A stretch of DNA of 63,924 bases, filler included, from Atractiella rhizophila (lineage: Eukaryota): assembly GCA_021432655.1 (NCBI GenBank). It is 6 parts of 5 records of this genome, joined end to end, with 100 filler letters (N's around TTAATTAATTAA, not from the genome) between each part and the next. Parts side by side here need not be neighbours in the genome. Positions count along the whole stretch, not along the records: positions 1 to 22,778 come from MU271428.1; 5 more parts are not named here. One strand, 5' to 3'. The notes below the pieces were generated by a model. It had not been told where the DNA came from, made no database searches, and worked only from the letters and a program-made list of their open reading frames with translations. A program made the position numbers and the translations under genes. Below, piece by piece: positions 1 through 13,377 of this stretch; the stretch's first letter is position 1, and each line of letters begins with the position of its first letter.

Positions 1-1099
1 TTGGACCCCTGAGCACACACATTTGACCCCTCAGGCGTAACTCCTATTCCGAGCCGAGCCAGTCAACCCATCCGAACCAGCGTCCGAGGTCTTTCAATTT
101 CAATCAGGCTCCCGACTAATCCCACTAATTGATACTTTCTTTCATACTCTCCAACGTTGAATCTGGTCAAGGTGGGTTGGTCCAAGACTCCTATTTTTGA
201 AGTTGCGTTGGCCTCGTCAGTTGGACATCCGACTGTCACGAAGAGAAAACGCAAATGACTTGAAATGGTGTGAATACCAGGTAGCTTCTGAGTCTCATTG
301 TCATATGCTAATGGCTATTACTTGATAGCTCCCTGTTGAGTCACGTAATGGCGCTTTGACAATTTACATCTTATTACGTCGTACAGACATGTACAGGTGA
401 CACTGAATGAGGTTTGTTGACGACCGTTTGGACTTCCGAGTCCTTTGTTTATTTGTTTAATGATTGGACATTATCCTTCCAGCAGCCATTACGAGCAGTT
501 ATACGGTGAGAACGAAACGATATGAACAATGTAGATCACTCCCATGCAACCTCATAAGTGTGCCCCGTGCCATCATTGACCCCAAGAGGAGGGCCAGCTT
601 TGTATCCGGTGCTGTTCCTTATCACCTGCCCGTCCTTTCGTGGACGTTGCAGCATGCGGACTGCCGTAATTAGAGAGCAGTATTTCCTCGTACTGCTTCG
701 AAGAGGTACTGAGGGTATCCGATGAAAATGTGCTGATACGAACTTCCGGCTGTTCAGCCTTCAGTCGGGCGGGAGTTGGTTGCGCAGGCAAGCTGGATGG
801 AGGAGTTGGGACGGGGAGAAGCCGGGTCAACCATTGGGGGTGTTGATGCCGTTGAGTTGTCGAGAGACCAATGAAGCTCCCATCAGTGACTGCGATTCGG
901 AAGTTGTAGAACAGAGCAGGCTGTTTTCGACGAGTCAGATCAGATCAGGTTCGATAGACACTGGGATTAAGACGTCTTACTCCACCGAAGATGACGAAGG
1001 TCCAGCTGCAGTGAAACGAGTCAGAGACAGGTGTAGACAAAACCCAATACTTACTATAACCAAAGATAAAGGACAGATGACCACCTCCCATCAACCTGT

Positions 1100-2990
1100 G
1101 CGTCTGCACCTAAAATAGCCTCCGCTAAACAAGCCCCCATACTAAAGCATACTCATACATTAACAAAATTACAATTAAATCAATCAAAGATAAACCCACA
1201 AGCTGATAGCGCTTCCGAAGAAAGCATAACCTTGGATTCGAAGATTCCACAGCGCCTTTGTCAACCTTTGAGCCTTCTCCACAGCTGACGACTCGAGTGT
1301 CGTGACCTGAATGTCGTGTTTCCGAAATTGCTTCACCTATCAGTAGCTCTCAGTGTGAAGTGGACAAGACAAAGAAACTGCTGACATCATACTGAACTCG
1401 TTGCAGAAGGTCTACTTGTTTGCCTAACTTGCGAGTAAGAAGGAACCAAGAGTATCCTCCAAACTGCGCGCAAAGTTCAGGAGGACGTTGAAATAAATTT
1501 TGAGGGCGAATGGCGCACGAGTATGAAAACTGAGAGATACCACACAAGGAATAAGGAAGAGATCACTCGATCCGCTACGACACAACGATCTCCGAATGTA
1601 TTGAAGTCGCTCAAAGGTTCGAGCAGCGAGAACATGGCAGCTTTGGTGTCGACGTTAAGGTTGGAGGAGAAACCGATGAGCGTTTCCTTCAGTGCCAAAT
1701 ATCGATGTAACCACCCGTTGCATACGAGCGTTGCGTACACGTGGGTCGCAATAATGTAAGCGATGAACGTGAGGGGGATGCCGAAGAGCGTCAGAATGCT
1801 CTTGAGGCAAGGTCTTCCTTCAGGCGGCAGCAATCCGACATGAGTTGCATGGCTGTTGAGGCTGCTGGCGACTATCACCCTGATATGGCGGAGTTAAATG
1901 TGAATTCGTCTAAAGAAAGTGCTCACCCGTATCCCTTGAAGAAGGCGGCTAGAAATAGGAAGCTCCATGTAAAAGAACGTAGGATGTAGTTGTTCTGATA
2001 ATTGTCATAACGGTACGTCTTGTAAATCAAAAGTACCTACCTTGTATTCCTGCTTCCCCTCGTATATGTTGACTTGTTTCCACATCGCGATCTCCATTAC
2101 TGATCACAACAAACTCAACCTCTCATAATATCCCTCCTACTGTAAGACGCACCGAAGAGCCAACACGCGACGAGTCCAGAAAACAAGACAGGAGTATTTG
2201 GTAAGATCCAGGTGCCTGTTAGCAGGCAGAAAACTCGTTAACAAACGACGAAGGTCGAAGAAAGGAAAGCTCACCATTTCTAGTAGCAAAATGAAATGGC
2301 CTGATCGATATTCTAACAACAGTGCAAGCAATGGCAACAAGAAACAGAATCCCAAAAAGGCCTGCCCATTACCATTGTGAGTTTGGATATACCCCCATGA
2401 TAGCGCAACTTACCTTGCAGCACACGAATCTGAATAATAACACTCTGTGATATTGTTGGAAAGAAAAAGAGATCCAAAAGCCTCTCTAGATCTTTGAAGG
2501 GATCCTGTACCGCTCCGGGTTCCGCGATGACCGTCCCAAACAGGTTCGTAATATTCTTTTCTAGTTCTTTCGTAAACCCCATCGCTGCTCACATACGGCG
2601 CTCAACTCCCCCAGCTTCCCTTGACCAGCAACGGGGAAGCTCTAGACTTTTTGTAGACGCGGGGTCACAGGGACCTTGATGATGCTGCGTCTGTTCCCAC
2701 TCCAAAATATCGTCGAGGACCCGTAGTGGGGGTCTATCTGACATGATCCACCTTATCAAGTGGCGGTCGGAGCGTGGACCTCCTAGTGCTAAAACTGATC
2801 ACGCGTGAACCTGCGCGTGAGCATAGGTACGACAAACTGCACATGGAGTTCAAACGGAAGCCAGCGTGGGTGGGCAAGACTTGTTCTGCACCTGTCGAGG
2901 TCAACGTTTCTGGATCGGTTGTCTGCAAACTTTGAAGTTGTGTTGTACTTCAACTTCATCCGAGTCTGCGCACCATAGACTCGACAAACC
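1100..2990 (-). other. Possible multi-exon hypothetical gene or remnant (weak F-box-like start)
   Basis: Scattered minus-strand coding-like segments (ORFs 1477-1878, 2313-2582) with GT-AG intron-like breaks. An 'LPFELHVQFVVPML' segment near 2820-2865 resembles an F-box start. Not confidently recognisable. Confidence 0.2.
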
Positions 2991-3366
2991 CCTCATGGAC
3001 AGGAAATTTGCAGAGTAATGTGGGACGCAACCAAGCTAGCGAATGTAGAGGCAACATACACCGTTCCATTAAACCAACACCGTAGCATCTCTCAGAATTA
3101 CAATTGCCCGTTCAGTGCAACAATGTATGGGAGTATTTTGATCGTTTTGAAGCGTAAGACTCTCTTCAACCGAGGACTAATCACGTCTAAAGTTAAATAT
3201 CATGAGGACTCCACTCAACCGAGAAAGTTAGCCAGGTCTCTACTGGAACGATCAAGGCCAGGTCATCAAAAGAAAGCACCGAATCCGAAGGAGACGAATT
3301 GACAAAAACGACACACAATTATCCTGCTTTAACAGATAAACCTTGCACCCTTCCAACCTGTAGCAT

Positions 3367-5874
3367 TCAGTCGTCTTCGAAATCTTCAATGACCTCTCTC
3401 CATCTCTCCATAACCTGCTGAATCGTCCATCGGTTCTTCCGTGTCCTCTTTGGAGAAAACTTGAGGCCCAACATCGTCCCAACGTCATCACAGGCGATCA
3501 AGATTCTGTCAATGTCGTGCTTTGTGTGAGCGGACGAGATACAGAATCGGATCCTGCCTGAGGGAAGGGGGTTGCTGGATAGGCGGCGATGACAGAACAG
3601 ATCCTATGACGTTCAAGAAGTTGTTTGCTGTATTCCATCAAATACAATGAGCATCGCAACATGACAAAACAAGTAGGGAAAAAAGATGGAAAATACACTT
3701 ACACGAAAAGACCGAATTTCCCAGGATGGTAAATCAACAAAGGGATGATGGGGCTGTCACGACTTCCAAAAACAATGAATCCCAATCGCCTCAAACCTCC
3801 GCTGAGGTATCGACAGTTGAACGAGAGTCGTTCAAGCCTGTATTGACCCTCTGTACCGTGGATCAAAGACCTGGGAAGGGAAGGTATGACCTCCGCTGCT
3901 TCAGGACCCATGATGGCGGCCATACTGGCCACGATTTGTGCTGTGACTGCGGGAGAGGGAGGTTCTGCGTAATGATTGGAGTGCGAAAGGTTTCGCATGG
4001 ACTTTATCATCTCGTGCGAGCCGGCAATGTATCCTCCTGCAGCGCCGAAAGACTTTGTGAGTGTACCCATGAGCACGTCGACCTCCTTGGGATCAATACC
4101 GAAATAGTCGCACACTCCACGCCCTCTAGGTCCGAGCGCTCCAATGGAATGTGCCTCATCGATGTAGAGGTAAAATTTGTACTTCTTCTTCAGTCTAAGG
4201 ATTCCAGGAAGGTCGACTATAGTCCCTTCCATGCTGTAGAGTCCTTCGACGAGTAAGAAGATCCGTTTCCAAGGCCGCCAAATCCTGTTTGTCTTCCCAC
4301 GAGGGGCGGGTTGGCCTTGAGAAATAGCTTCACGGAGAACTTTCTCCAGAGAATGGATGTCGTTGTGCTTGTACTGACGGATCATGGCATTTGAAAGTCG
4401 GGCACCAAATCTTCAGACGTAGGCATCACCACATTAGTAAGCGAAAAAGAGGATGATATTGGACATACCGAATACTGTTATGGTTGTGCTCATCGCTCAA
4501 GATCAAATCTCCCTTCCCGATCAATGCTGGCAGGTTCGTGCTATTGGTCGCATATCCCTGACTGACAACCATCGCATCCTCCATTCCCACGAAACGCGCC
4601 ACCAAACGATCGCAATAGACATGAACAAGGTGAGTTCCGACCTGATTTTGTGGTGCTCCAGAATATCCAGCGTGAACAGGGACCTTGGGGATGAAAGCCG
4701 GCATCACTTCTGCTTCCTCGGATCCGTCCACTTGCTTCTGCTGCTCACAAAGGGAATCGTCGCCTAGAAGCGTCGACTGAGCCCAATCCGCACACCATCC
4801 TCTGCTCTGCGCAAAACCAAGATAATTGTACGAGGCAGTGTTGAGAGCCTGGAGGGTCTCTCCCTGAAGCACAGGTTCCTCCTCATTCGTTGTCTGCACC
4901 ACCTTGACCGGGTAGCGCCATTCGACTCTTCCGTCCCCACCGTTGCCGCCAATTTTCAAGATGCCGGAGAAGGTACGGTTGCGGAAGGAAGGAAGGGAGG
5001 GCCAATGGACTCGTGAGAGGAGAGTGATGGTCCTTCCTGGAACGGCAGTCACTGGACGGGCGAAGTACATGTCAATTCGCGCTTTCAGACGACGGGTGTA
5101 GAAGGAATCCCAGTCAGACGTGAGCGGCGCATATCCCTATCCAAACAAACTTTGTCAGGAAAATTCTCAAGATCCAAAACGAAAAGAAAGACATACATCG
5201 CTCGGCATTAGATGCTTGTAGCTCTTCCTATAAAACTTCTTGCCCAAAAAATCTCTCAAATGGCCTAAGAGGATGAGGATGACATAAGAGTAATAAGTCG
5301 TGAGAAGGATAAAATAGCCGGGGTCTTCCTCTTCCTCCCCGTCATGAGTCTTCTTAATCCTCTTCTGCTTATTCTCCGGATGACTCCAGTGCATCGAGGT
5401 GGTCTTGAACATCTCCCTCTCCTTCTCAGCCACCTCCATTCCCATATTCTCTCCATTTGCAGCAAAGCCCTCCCATCCGTACTCGCAGTGTCGGAGGGAA
5501 TGAGCGTTTGAAGGATCGGGAATGAAATCCGGAGTGGTATCAAAAGAGAAGTTTGGGGTTGCGGTTGAAGAAATCTCGGAGGAGGGAGGGTGAGGTGAGA
5601 GGACCCAATTCTTGTCGTGCTCAGCGGACTTCATACCTTCCCCAACGCCCACACCGTAATTTCCGACACCATTTCTGGTTCCCAAATCATCGCTAAAATT
5701 CCTCTTGCTCGTTCCCCTCCTCGATAGCTGACTTTCAACCTGAGAAGTAGCCTTTGAGGACCTGAGCGAGCTGAAATTCGTGGAGGGAGGAGACGAAGTC
5801 AGACGACCAGACGTAAGGCTAGAAGGCGAGGAAGAGCGAGTTGGAAGCGAGGGAATCGACTCCATATCCGCCAT
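3367..5874 (-). CDS. LCB2: Serine palmitoyltransferase catalytic subunit (multi-exon)
   Basis: Motifs SYNYLGF, GYATNST, SDEHNHNSIR, EGLYSMEG, DEAHSIGA, GTLTKSFGAAGGY (PLP lysine), YPATP..RIRFCISSAH. Short GT-AG introns. One apparent frameshift near 3567-3571. Confidence 0.95.
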
Positions 5875-6221
5875 ATTGTGAGTTTTGGGAATCGAAGCTC
5901 GAATGTGAAAAGAGAGTGGAATTGGTTATCTATATGGTATAAAGATTAGAAGATTACTTTCGACTTGAACACCTCGTCGTCTGGGAATGAGAAAGCCTCG
6001 GTCTCTGTCCCCGGCGCCATTCAGGCTGTCACGTGAGTTATAACCTCTGCAGACTCACATGCTGTTGTTTTTATATGCCCGAACGTTTCTCTGAAAGGAA
6101 AAGGATTAATCGTGAGTGTTGTTTCTTATCTTACAATGGACCCGATGCCCACTGGGAGACACAGGTTGAATCCGATTTTGCGCTCGCGTTAACCTCAAGC
6201 TGTTATTTGAACTGGTTATCA

Positions 6222-7643
6222 ATGGCAGAGGGAATACCCAGCCCGAGCCCTCTCATCCAATACCACGGAAGATGGCGTGTGAACCCATCGACATCAACAT
6301 TAGCGGCTTCCGTAAGCGCGGGATGGAGTGGTTCTTCCTTCCATCTGCGTACCACCTCACGATCGCTTGCTCTCAACTTCGGGAGTCCCACTCTGTCCAA
6401 GATAATGGACGATGACGGCAACAACTCGAAGGCGGTGGTCTGGAGGACGTGGGAATTTGAAGGAGACGTAGAGAAGAGTTTCTTGCGTGGAACGATCTCG
6501 ATGGAGAGTATACAGGAAGAGACGATCGTGCAGCTTTGGGCTGACAGACCAGAGGGGAGGGTGAGGACGTTGGAATGCGCGGTTAGTGATTTCGGGATGT
6601 TGGTCTCGCTAGAAAGCATACTCGTTGACAAAGTTTGTGCTTCCCCACCGTCAGCTAGAGGAGATATTACTAAGTAGAATACCAGGACTCTCTCCTCCCG
6701 CCATCACCTCGACGGCCATCTCATCGCTACCTCGTCTACGGTGACTCCACCTGCACGGCCTATCACGAGAAATCACTGTACCGCGGTTTCAAGGACGGAA
6801 TCTTCGAAGGATATCAGTGGATGCTAATGGATCTGCTTGACTCCAAACCGGCAGGTGAACGGGACTTTGTCTGTGAAACGGTCGCCTATCCCGCTATCAC
6901 ACTTACCCCTTCGGAGACGCCATATACAAAGAAAGGCTATAAAGAAGGAGACGAAACGCTAACGCCGATAGAGATGGATATGGGTCCAAAACTGTTCGAA
7001 CAGGTCGGTATTCATCCAGTTTGAGAGCAAAAGGGGTAATTGGGATAAGCTGCATTCGGGAGCTTTAAGCACTTCATGGGCGTCCGTGAAAGCAGAGAAA
7101 GAGACAAAGAATTTGAACAATCTCTCTTTTTGCGGACCAACGACCGTTGTGGTCTCCATCGGTTCGTTACTTTCCTTGATTCAACCTTCTGAAGCTAAGG
7201 GGCTGAAAGGGACAAATGACCGCGCCAGTCTTATTCCCTTACATCCAGGAATGATTCCTTTCACACAAGAGCGCACCTGTGGCTTCCTGTCCGCTCTCGA
7301 CACTCTCGTCTCCCAAATCCTCTCCTCTAATGGGTCGACGATTAAAAACCTAATCCTCATCCCTCCCTTCCCCTTCGTTGTCTTTCCGAGCTATAAGTCT
7401 GGAGTTTCCCAGATACAGACGGAGGAGAAAGGAGGATATCTGACTTCTTTGATGAAGTGGAAAGAGGAATTTAAGAGCAGAGAAGATGCGGAAGAGTGGA
7501 AACATTTGAAGGTCGAAGTCATGGAAATTTCGATGGTGTTGAGGAGAGAAGATTGTTATGATGGCCTACACCCTACTGAAATGGGTCATAGGAGATTGGC
7601 GAGCGAGTTCAGGGACAGGCTCCTTGAGCTCGAAAGGAGCTGA
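6222..7643 (+). CDS. SGNH/GDSL hydrolase (CE2-like N-terminal domain), multi-exon
   Basis: N-terminal IQYHGRW...WSGSS; block I YGDS (~6738-6749), block III GTND, block V DGLHPTEMGH. No obvious signal peptide. Confidence 0.75.
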
Positions 7644-7993
7644 TTAACAAAATCTTGAACGATAATTTATGAGAGCAATTGTGAAGTGACAAAGTCACCG
7701 CTTGATATTACCGTTGTTCGATGTGAAAAGAATCGATTCGAGAATGGGAATTTTCTCCGTATAACCTTTCTAACATGTTTTATTGAGTAGATATTTATCG
7801 TCTTCACATCACAGCATTCCGTTGAAGTCAATTAATGAACACCAACAAGGGTAAATCATGAACTCTATCTCTGTCCAGAAGAGGAAACTCATTCAAGCGT
7901 TCCAGAAGTGTGGTATTGGGATTCCAAGCTTCACTTCCAACCTTGATACAGCGTTATTTTTTAGACAACTGTTGATATTGAATAAGCAGCTGG

Positions 7994-10316
7994 ATGACTT
8001 CTATACGCATTCCTCTGCCCCTTCTCGTTGTGGTCCTTCTCCTCCAGCTGCTCCTCATTTGGCACTTCAGGTCTGCTCCACCAAACTTCCATCTAGATGA
8101 CACCCCTCAACACCACGACTTCTTCCCATCTCACTCTAACTCACACACACACCACTTTCCCACCCAAGAAAAACCACTTCAGTCATGCCACCTGGAAGAC
8201 TCCTCTTCGAATCCACTCGTTAAAAAGTACGGAAGAAATGCTATCAGGTTGTCTGTGTTGTTCGAAGGATCAGGAAAGAGGATGGAGGCTTTTATCTCTA
8301 AGCTCAAAGAGGGGAAGAGTGTGAAAGTTGGCGTTTTGGGAGGGAGTAGTGAGCCATCTGTCCTTTGTAAAGCATTGATTCCAGCCTTTTATCCATGCTA
8401 TTGATATTTTGTATATCGTCGAAGGCATTCTAGATTAAATCAATCTGTTTCGGTTTCCTATTTTTTTGGCTCTTGTTACAACCACCAGAATTCTTTTTTC
8501 CTTGGTGTTTGAGACCTGCGACTCAAGGCTGCCACAAGAAAGTGCATCATTCAACATTGAACTGGCAATCCTACGAAGCATTTCAGGCAGCAAACCCGTC
8601 AATGCGTCAGAGCGAGACTTTTTTTTTTAAAAAAAAAAATAAGCAACCATCTGCTGACTTTGTCTTTATTAACAGTTTCTCGTGGTCATGCAACCCAACA
8701 TTCACCTGGAGGAGTGCGGCAGAATTCATGGCCATGGAGAGCCTTCGACGCCATCAATACGACCTTCCCAAACCCACAACATGAGATGCACAACGGTGCT
8801 GTGGCTGCAGTCCTAGTGTTCGTACTCTTCTGCTTTAAGCTCCACATCGGAATCAATATCCTTGCAGGTCGTACTACGAGATTTGTTGGACTGAACACAT
8901 ACCTGACGATGTTGATATTGTCTTTGTAGAGCTCGATATAAATAGTGAGCGGACAGAGGAGGAAGAGAGAGGGTTCGATGCGATCTATCGAGGAGTGCTA
9001 GGACTTCCTAGTGAGCCAGCTGGTAAGTGATCTCACCTATGTGTCTTGTTGAAGCTGTAATTGAGTCGAGACATAATAGTGGTAGCGATTTCCACCTTTG
9101 GGTTGGGTGCGCTTCTCTGGACTTGTTTCGCCAATAGGGGCATACACTGACATAACCAAGGGCAGTATTCGAAGACCTTCACACGGGGTTTCCAATCCAC
9201 GTCCGTCACTTCAGGCCATGTACCATCCTAACCTGTTTTTGACACAGTTACCCATCGCGATCCACAACGACATTCCTTTCATTTCCCTTCGTCCTTCCCT
9301 CATCCCTCACATCCTTCTACACCCCCAATCAAAGGATCTTTTCTTCTATCACCCTCTCGAACCGAACCCAGAACTGCAACACGATTATCGACACATCAAC
9401 GTGGATGCACACGAAATGTTGGCTGACTTCTTCGCCTTTTGGTTCGAAAAGCAGATTTGTGAGTGGGAAGGAAAACGAAAATTGACGGAGAGAGGAGAGG
9501 GGAGGTGGTTGGATTCAGGAGAAAAGTTTCACACGCTCGATACTGGCGAATATGGCGGAACACCACCTGTAAGTTTCAGCTTGTCGGGCCCTTGCCATCA
9601 AGGACTCCTTTCTAATGTGGCTGGGGCATAGCTAAGGTATAAAGATCCGTTCCCGTATGGTTCGCGTGATACTCTCCTCCCCGCTCCACCGAAACCAGAC
9701 GATGGAATTCAGTGCTCTTCTCTCTCGTCAGCTCGTCAACCACTGAATTGTTCAGCTAAGTATTCCCTCGCTACTTCATCTGTGGACGGGTGGACACAAC
9801 AAACGTTGAACGATAAAAAGTTTTTCGTCACGAGGAAGATCGGATCGAGAATTGCATTCGATGTTCGGATAGTGGCTAAGAAAGGGATTGCGAGTAGGTC
9901 TAGGAACAGGTTTAGCTTGCAAAGAGAGGAGAGTACAGAGGTGGGATTGTTCGTTTGGCTTTCTCCAACGAAAGGAGCGGACGGAATGGGCATGATCGGT
10001 TGTTGGATAGATGGTTTACATACCGAGCCTCAGCAGGGATGGACTGAGGTATGTCACCTACTTTCCTATGATAAACCGTGCAAATGAGGTGCCAACCTGA
10101 CGGCTGAAGGCGGATTGGACCACATGGGACGGTGGGCTCGTCAATGGCTGGAATCCATGGGGAGGACCGAACAAGATAGAATGGACGGGTAACCTGTTTT
10201 GGGAAGGGAATAAAGAGATCCCGAGTGGCGATCAGACTTTGATTTGTCAGCTGTTAGATGTATCAAGTAGTGGTGGGAAGGAGTTTCGGATCGCTGGACT
10301 CACAACTCGATCTTAG
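7994..10316 (+). CDS. Cap64/Cas3-like capsule-associated SGNH-fold membrane-anchored protein, multi-exon
   Basis: N-terminal hydrophobic anchor; VKVGVLGGS|ISRGH across an intron; HNGAVAA; DYRHINVDAHEMLAD; Cys/Trp-rich C-terminal domain ending EFRIAGLTTRS*. Confidence 0.7.
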
Positions 10317-10478
10317 TTTAATATATTGGGTTTTCGTGCATGTTGTCGCTGCTTTGGTTTGCAGGAGCATCATGTGGGCAAAAAGCTTATCCCCTAAATC
10401 GTTATTGTATGTTTTTGGTGGTTATGTAGTTATCGCAACTGGCAAACATCCTATCTGACTCGCCCTTTGCTAATCTCT

Positions 10479-12938
10479 TCAACCGCCGAGGTGGTCTTCT
10501 GGAAAGCTCGCCAGAGCTGTCATGCAAGGCAGCTCAGAATCATGCATTTCCAACACATCGAAAGGGAGAAAACTCACATCGGATTGAAGTTTCGATCCCT
10601 CTAGTTGACCGGTGATTTCATCAGCGATCTCCTCCAGCTGATGCCTCTTTCGCTTAGGTGACAGTTTCTCGTCCGCCCGTACCCGACTAGCCTTTTCGAC
10701 GAGATCCTTGAACTGCTTCTTGAGCCTACCAAAGGTCACGAAGCGCCAATCTAACAAGCATGGTGAGCCAGATTCTTCATGCATCATGGCAAGGAAGCAT
10801 ACGCCGTAGAGTATGGTAATGGACCGCTCTGTCGTAGCAGCTGCTGCCGGCCAGAAATTCGTTCTCCTTGAGGCCTCTGATGCTCCGTTGTTCCTTCCAA
10901 TACCTCAGTTTCCTCGCTGCTTCGTCGTCTTCTGGGATTGGAGAACGGGCACGATGTCTCTTCGGAGAACGAATTTCGAGTGTGGAATCCCTGTATTCTG
11001 GACCCTGTAACACATATTAGCCCTTGTGCCACTGGAAGATAGGAGATAGAACGCACGCTAACCGTGATCTTACATCGAGCGGGAAGATTACTCTTCTTGC
11101 AAAAACAACACCATAACTCCTGCGCGTCGACATAATCTTCAGCCTTGAAGATGGGGAACCTATTGAGTGCATTCTGGAGGGGATGATGCCAATTCGACCT
11201 ATTTTGACGATTTCAGTAAGTCCTTATTAAACAAGGACGTCCGTACCCGAGTTGACTTGCACTATTGAGCGCACTCTCAATTCGTTCGTTTGCGACTTCG
11301 AAGGGAATATTGGACTCTGTATGGTCCATGTGTGGGAGAACTGCCTGATGAACGAGTAGCTTGAGGAATGTCTTGAAAGCATATTCTGGCCCTTGCCGCC
11401 TCTCATTAATTCGCTGGGTATCCGGATCTAGCTTCTTGAACTTCTCCAGATCCTCTTCTCCTCCTTCCACAATGAAATCTTCAGACGATGTATCATCATC
11501 ATCATCCTCTTCATCTTCTTCTTGATCAACAGTTGTCTCCTCCCCCTTCCCAGTGTCCTCTTCATCATCGCTCATAACAACTCCTCGCCTTATAATCTCT
11601 TTCTCTTTCTTCGCTTTCTCCTCCTTCTCCGCCCTCGACTTCATCAAATGCTCCAACGCCTTCTTCGGTCTCTTATCCAAAACCCTTAATCGATCGACTT
11701 TCTTCCTCTCCGTATCGCTCTGCAAATCCGCCACGTCCTCCCTTACCTCCACTAACTCCTCCGAATCGATATCCTCCTCCGACTCCCTACCTCTCCTCCC
11801 CTTCTTCCTCAGACGCGAGTACTCTGTACTATCATCACTCGAAGATTCTTCCTCCACTTCACTATCGCTGACAAATCGAATTTTCCCCTTCTTCCCTGCA
11901 GGCCGGGGGTTATCCGGGTCAGAGGTGCCTGAGGTCTCCTCGCCGGACGAATCGGATGTATCTCCTCTTCGCCGTTTCCTCTTTTTCTGGGACATAGGGA
12001 CGAGTTTAAGCTTAGAGGTAGAAGCTTCCTTCAACTGCTTCCGGTGCACAACGTCCTCATCCTCTGATGAGGCAACAGATTCTGGACGCCTCTTCTTGGA
12101 AAGCCGTTTCTTTTCTCCATCGTGCTGCGACTCGACTGTTTTCTTCTTTTTCGATTTCTTCTCTCCCTCTGATATGACTTCAAGGGTGCTCCTTCCGCTG
12201 AACGCACGTTTGACTGATTTGTCCAGCACTTCCTTTCCTTTCCCTTTGATAGACTTCTTCTTCTGGCCTTTGCCATGCTCCTCATCATCATTGTCAGACA
12301 ATAAGACCACTTTCTCTTTCCGCTTCCCATCACCATTCAATACACCGTTCTTTGCCGCAACAGCAGAATCGGCAGCAATCTTCGCCCGCTTTGGCTTTCG
12401 CCTTTCCTTCTCCTTGTTCCCTCCTTCCCGGTCTTGCTCCTCGAAAGCAAAATCAGTTCGTTTGCGCTTTTGCGGTATCGAGGGATGAACGTTGGGTTCG
12501 GATGCACGCGGCTGAGGCACGGAGGAGGAGGCAATCGTTTCAATGGGGAGATGAGAGGATGAGAGTTCGAAGTCTAAGTTCAGAAATAAAGTCAGATGCA
12601 ATTACAATACACAAGTAACAGAGACGCACCGTCGTCGGTGTCAAGTGTGAGAGGCACAGCTTTGGAAGCTGACGCTTCCTTCGGGGTAACAGGTGCAGTC
12701 TTGTTTTGGGACTGCCCCTGCGATTTCAGAGGTGTCCGCACAGATTGTGGAGGAGCTTTCAATGCTTTCTGCACAAAGGAAGAATTAGGAACACCGACCA
12801 TCTTCTCTCCTATGGACTATCAACGAGAACACTGACCTTTCCACTCGAAGTACCCACTTTCCTCACTACTATCTCCACTACAGGCACCATCCTTTTCACC
12901 CTCACCGGCTTTGAGGTATTTGAGGTACCTTGGACCAT
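10479..12938 (-). CDS. Lys/Glu-rich nuclear protein with C-terminal DUF4211 (CCDC82-like) domain
   Basis: 462-aa low-complexity acidic/basic ORF (11213-12601) followed by exons with 'AGSSCYDRAVHYHTLR'. The start codon is uncertain. Confidence 0.6.
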
Positions 12939-13309
12939 CTTGTCTCTTGTCCTCTTGACTCCAACTTCAAGCGACAATCCAGCCGTTCTGTCGTTTCTGG
13001 CTCGATCTTGGTATGCGCCACAAAATGTGAGGGGCCAGCTGGACGCTCCGGGGGCCATAGGAATGACACTGAGTTTATGCGGAGTCAGCAAGATCGGGTT
13101 GCCGTTCGGTTGTGCGCACGATAACATCGATCGCGAATAATCTCGACCATCTTGCAAGGCAAAGCGTGCTGAGGCAGCAGCAGGGCAAAGCAGGGATTAC
13201 TGTCGCTGTAGAGCCGAGTAAAGTGGGTCTTAGATTTATTAGCATCAGGTAAGCTGCCTTTGGGTTAAGGGATCGGCATGGCGATTGAGCCGCTCGTTAT
13301 GGTGTCAGG

Positions 13310-13317
13310 TATAAAAA
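13310..13317 (+). promoter_or_regulatory. TATA box upstream of CYS3
   Basis: TATAAAAA followed by a pyrimidine tract and a CAA-rich leader, about 60 nt before the ATG at 13378. Confidence 0.45.
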
Positions 13318-13377
13318 CCCAGCGTCCCTTTTTTTTCTCCATCAAATCAACCAACAACACCAACATCATTTATAACA

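Noticed and set aside
11553..12488. 311-aa Ser/Phe-rich plus-strand ORF
   Set aside because: Antisense shadow of the Lys/Glu-rich DUF4211 gene.
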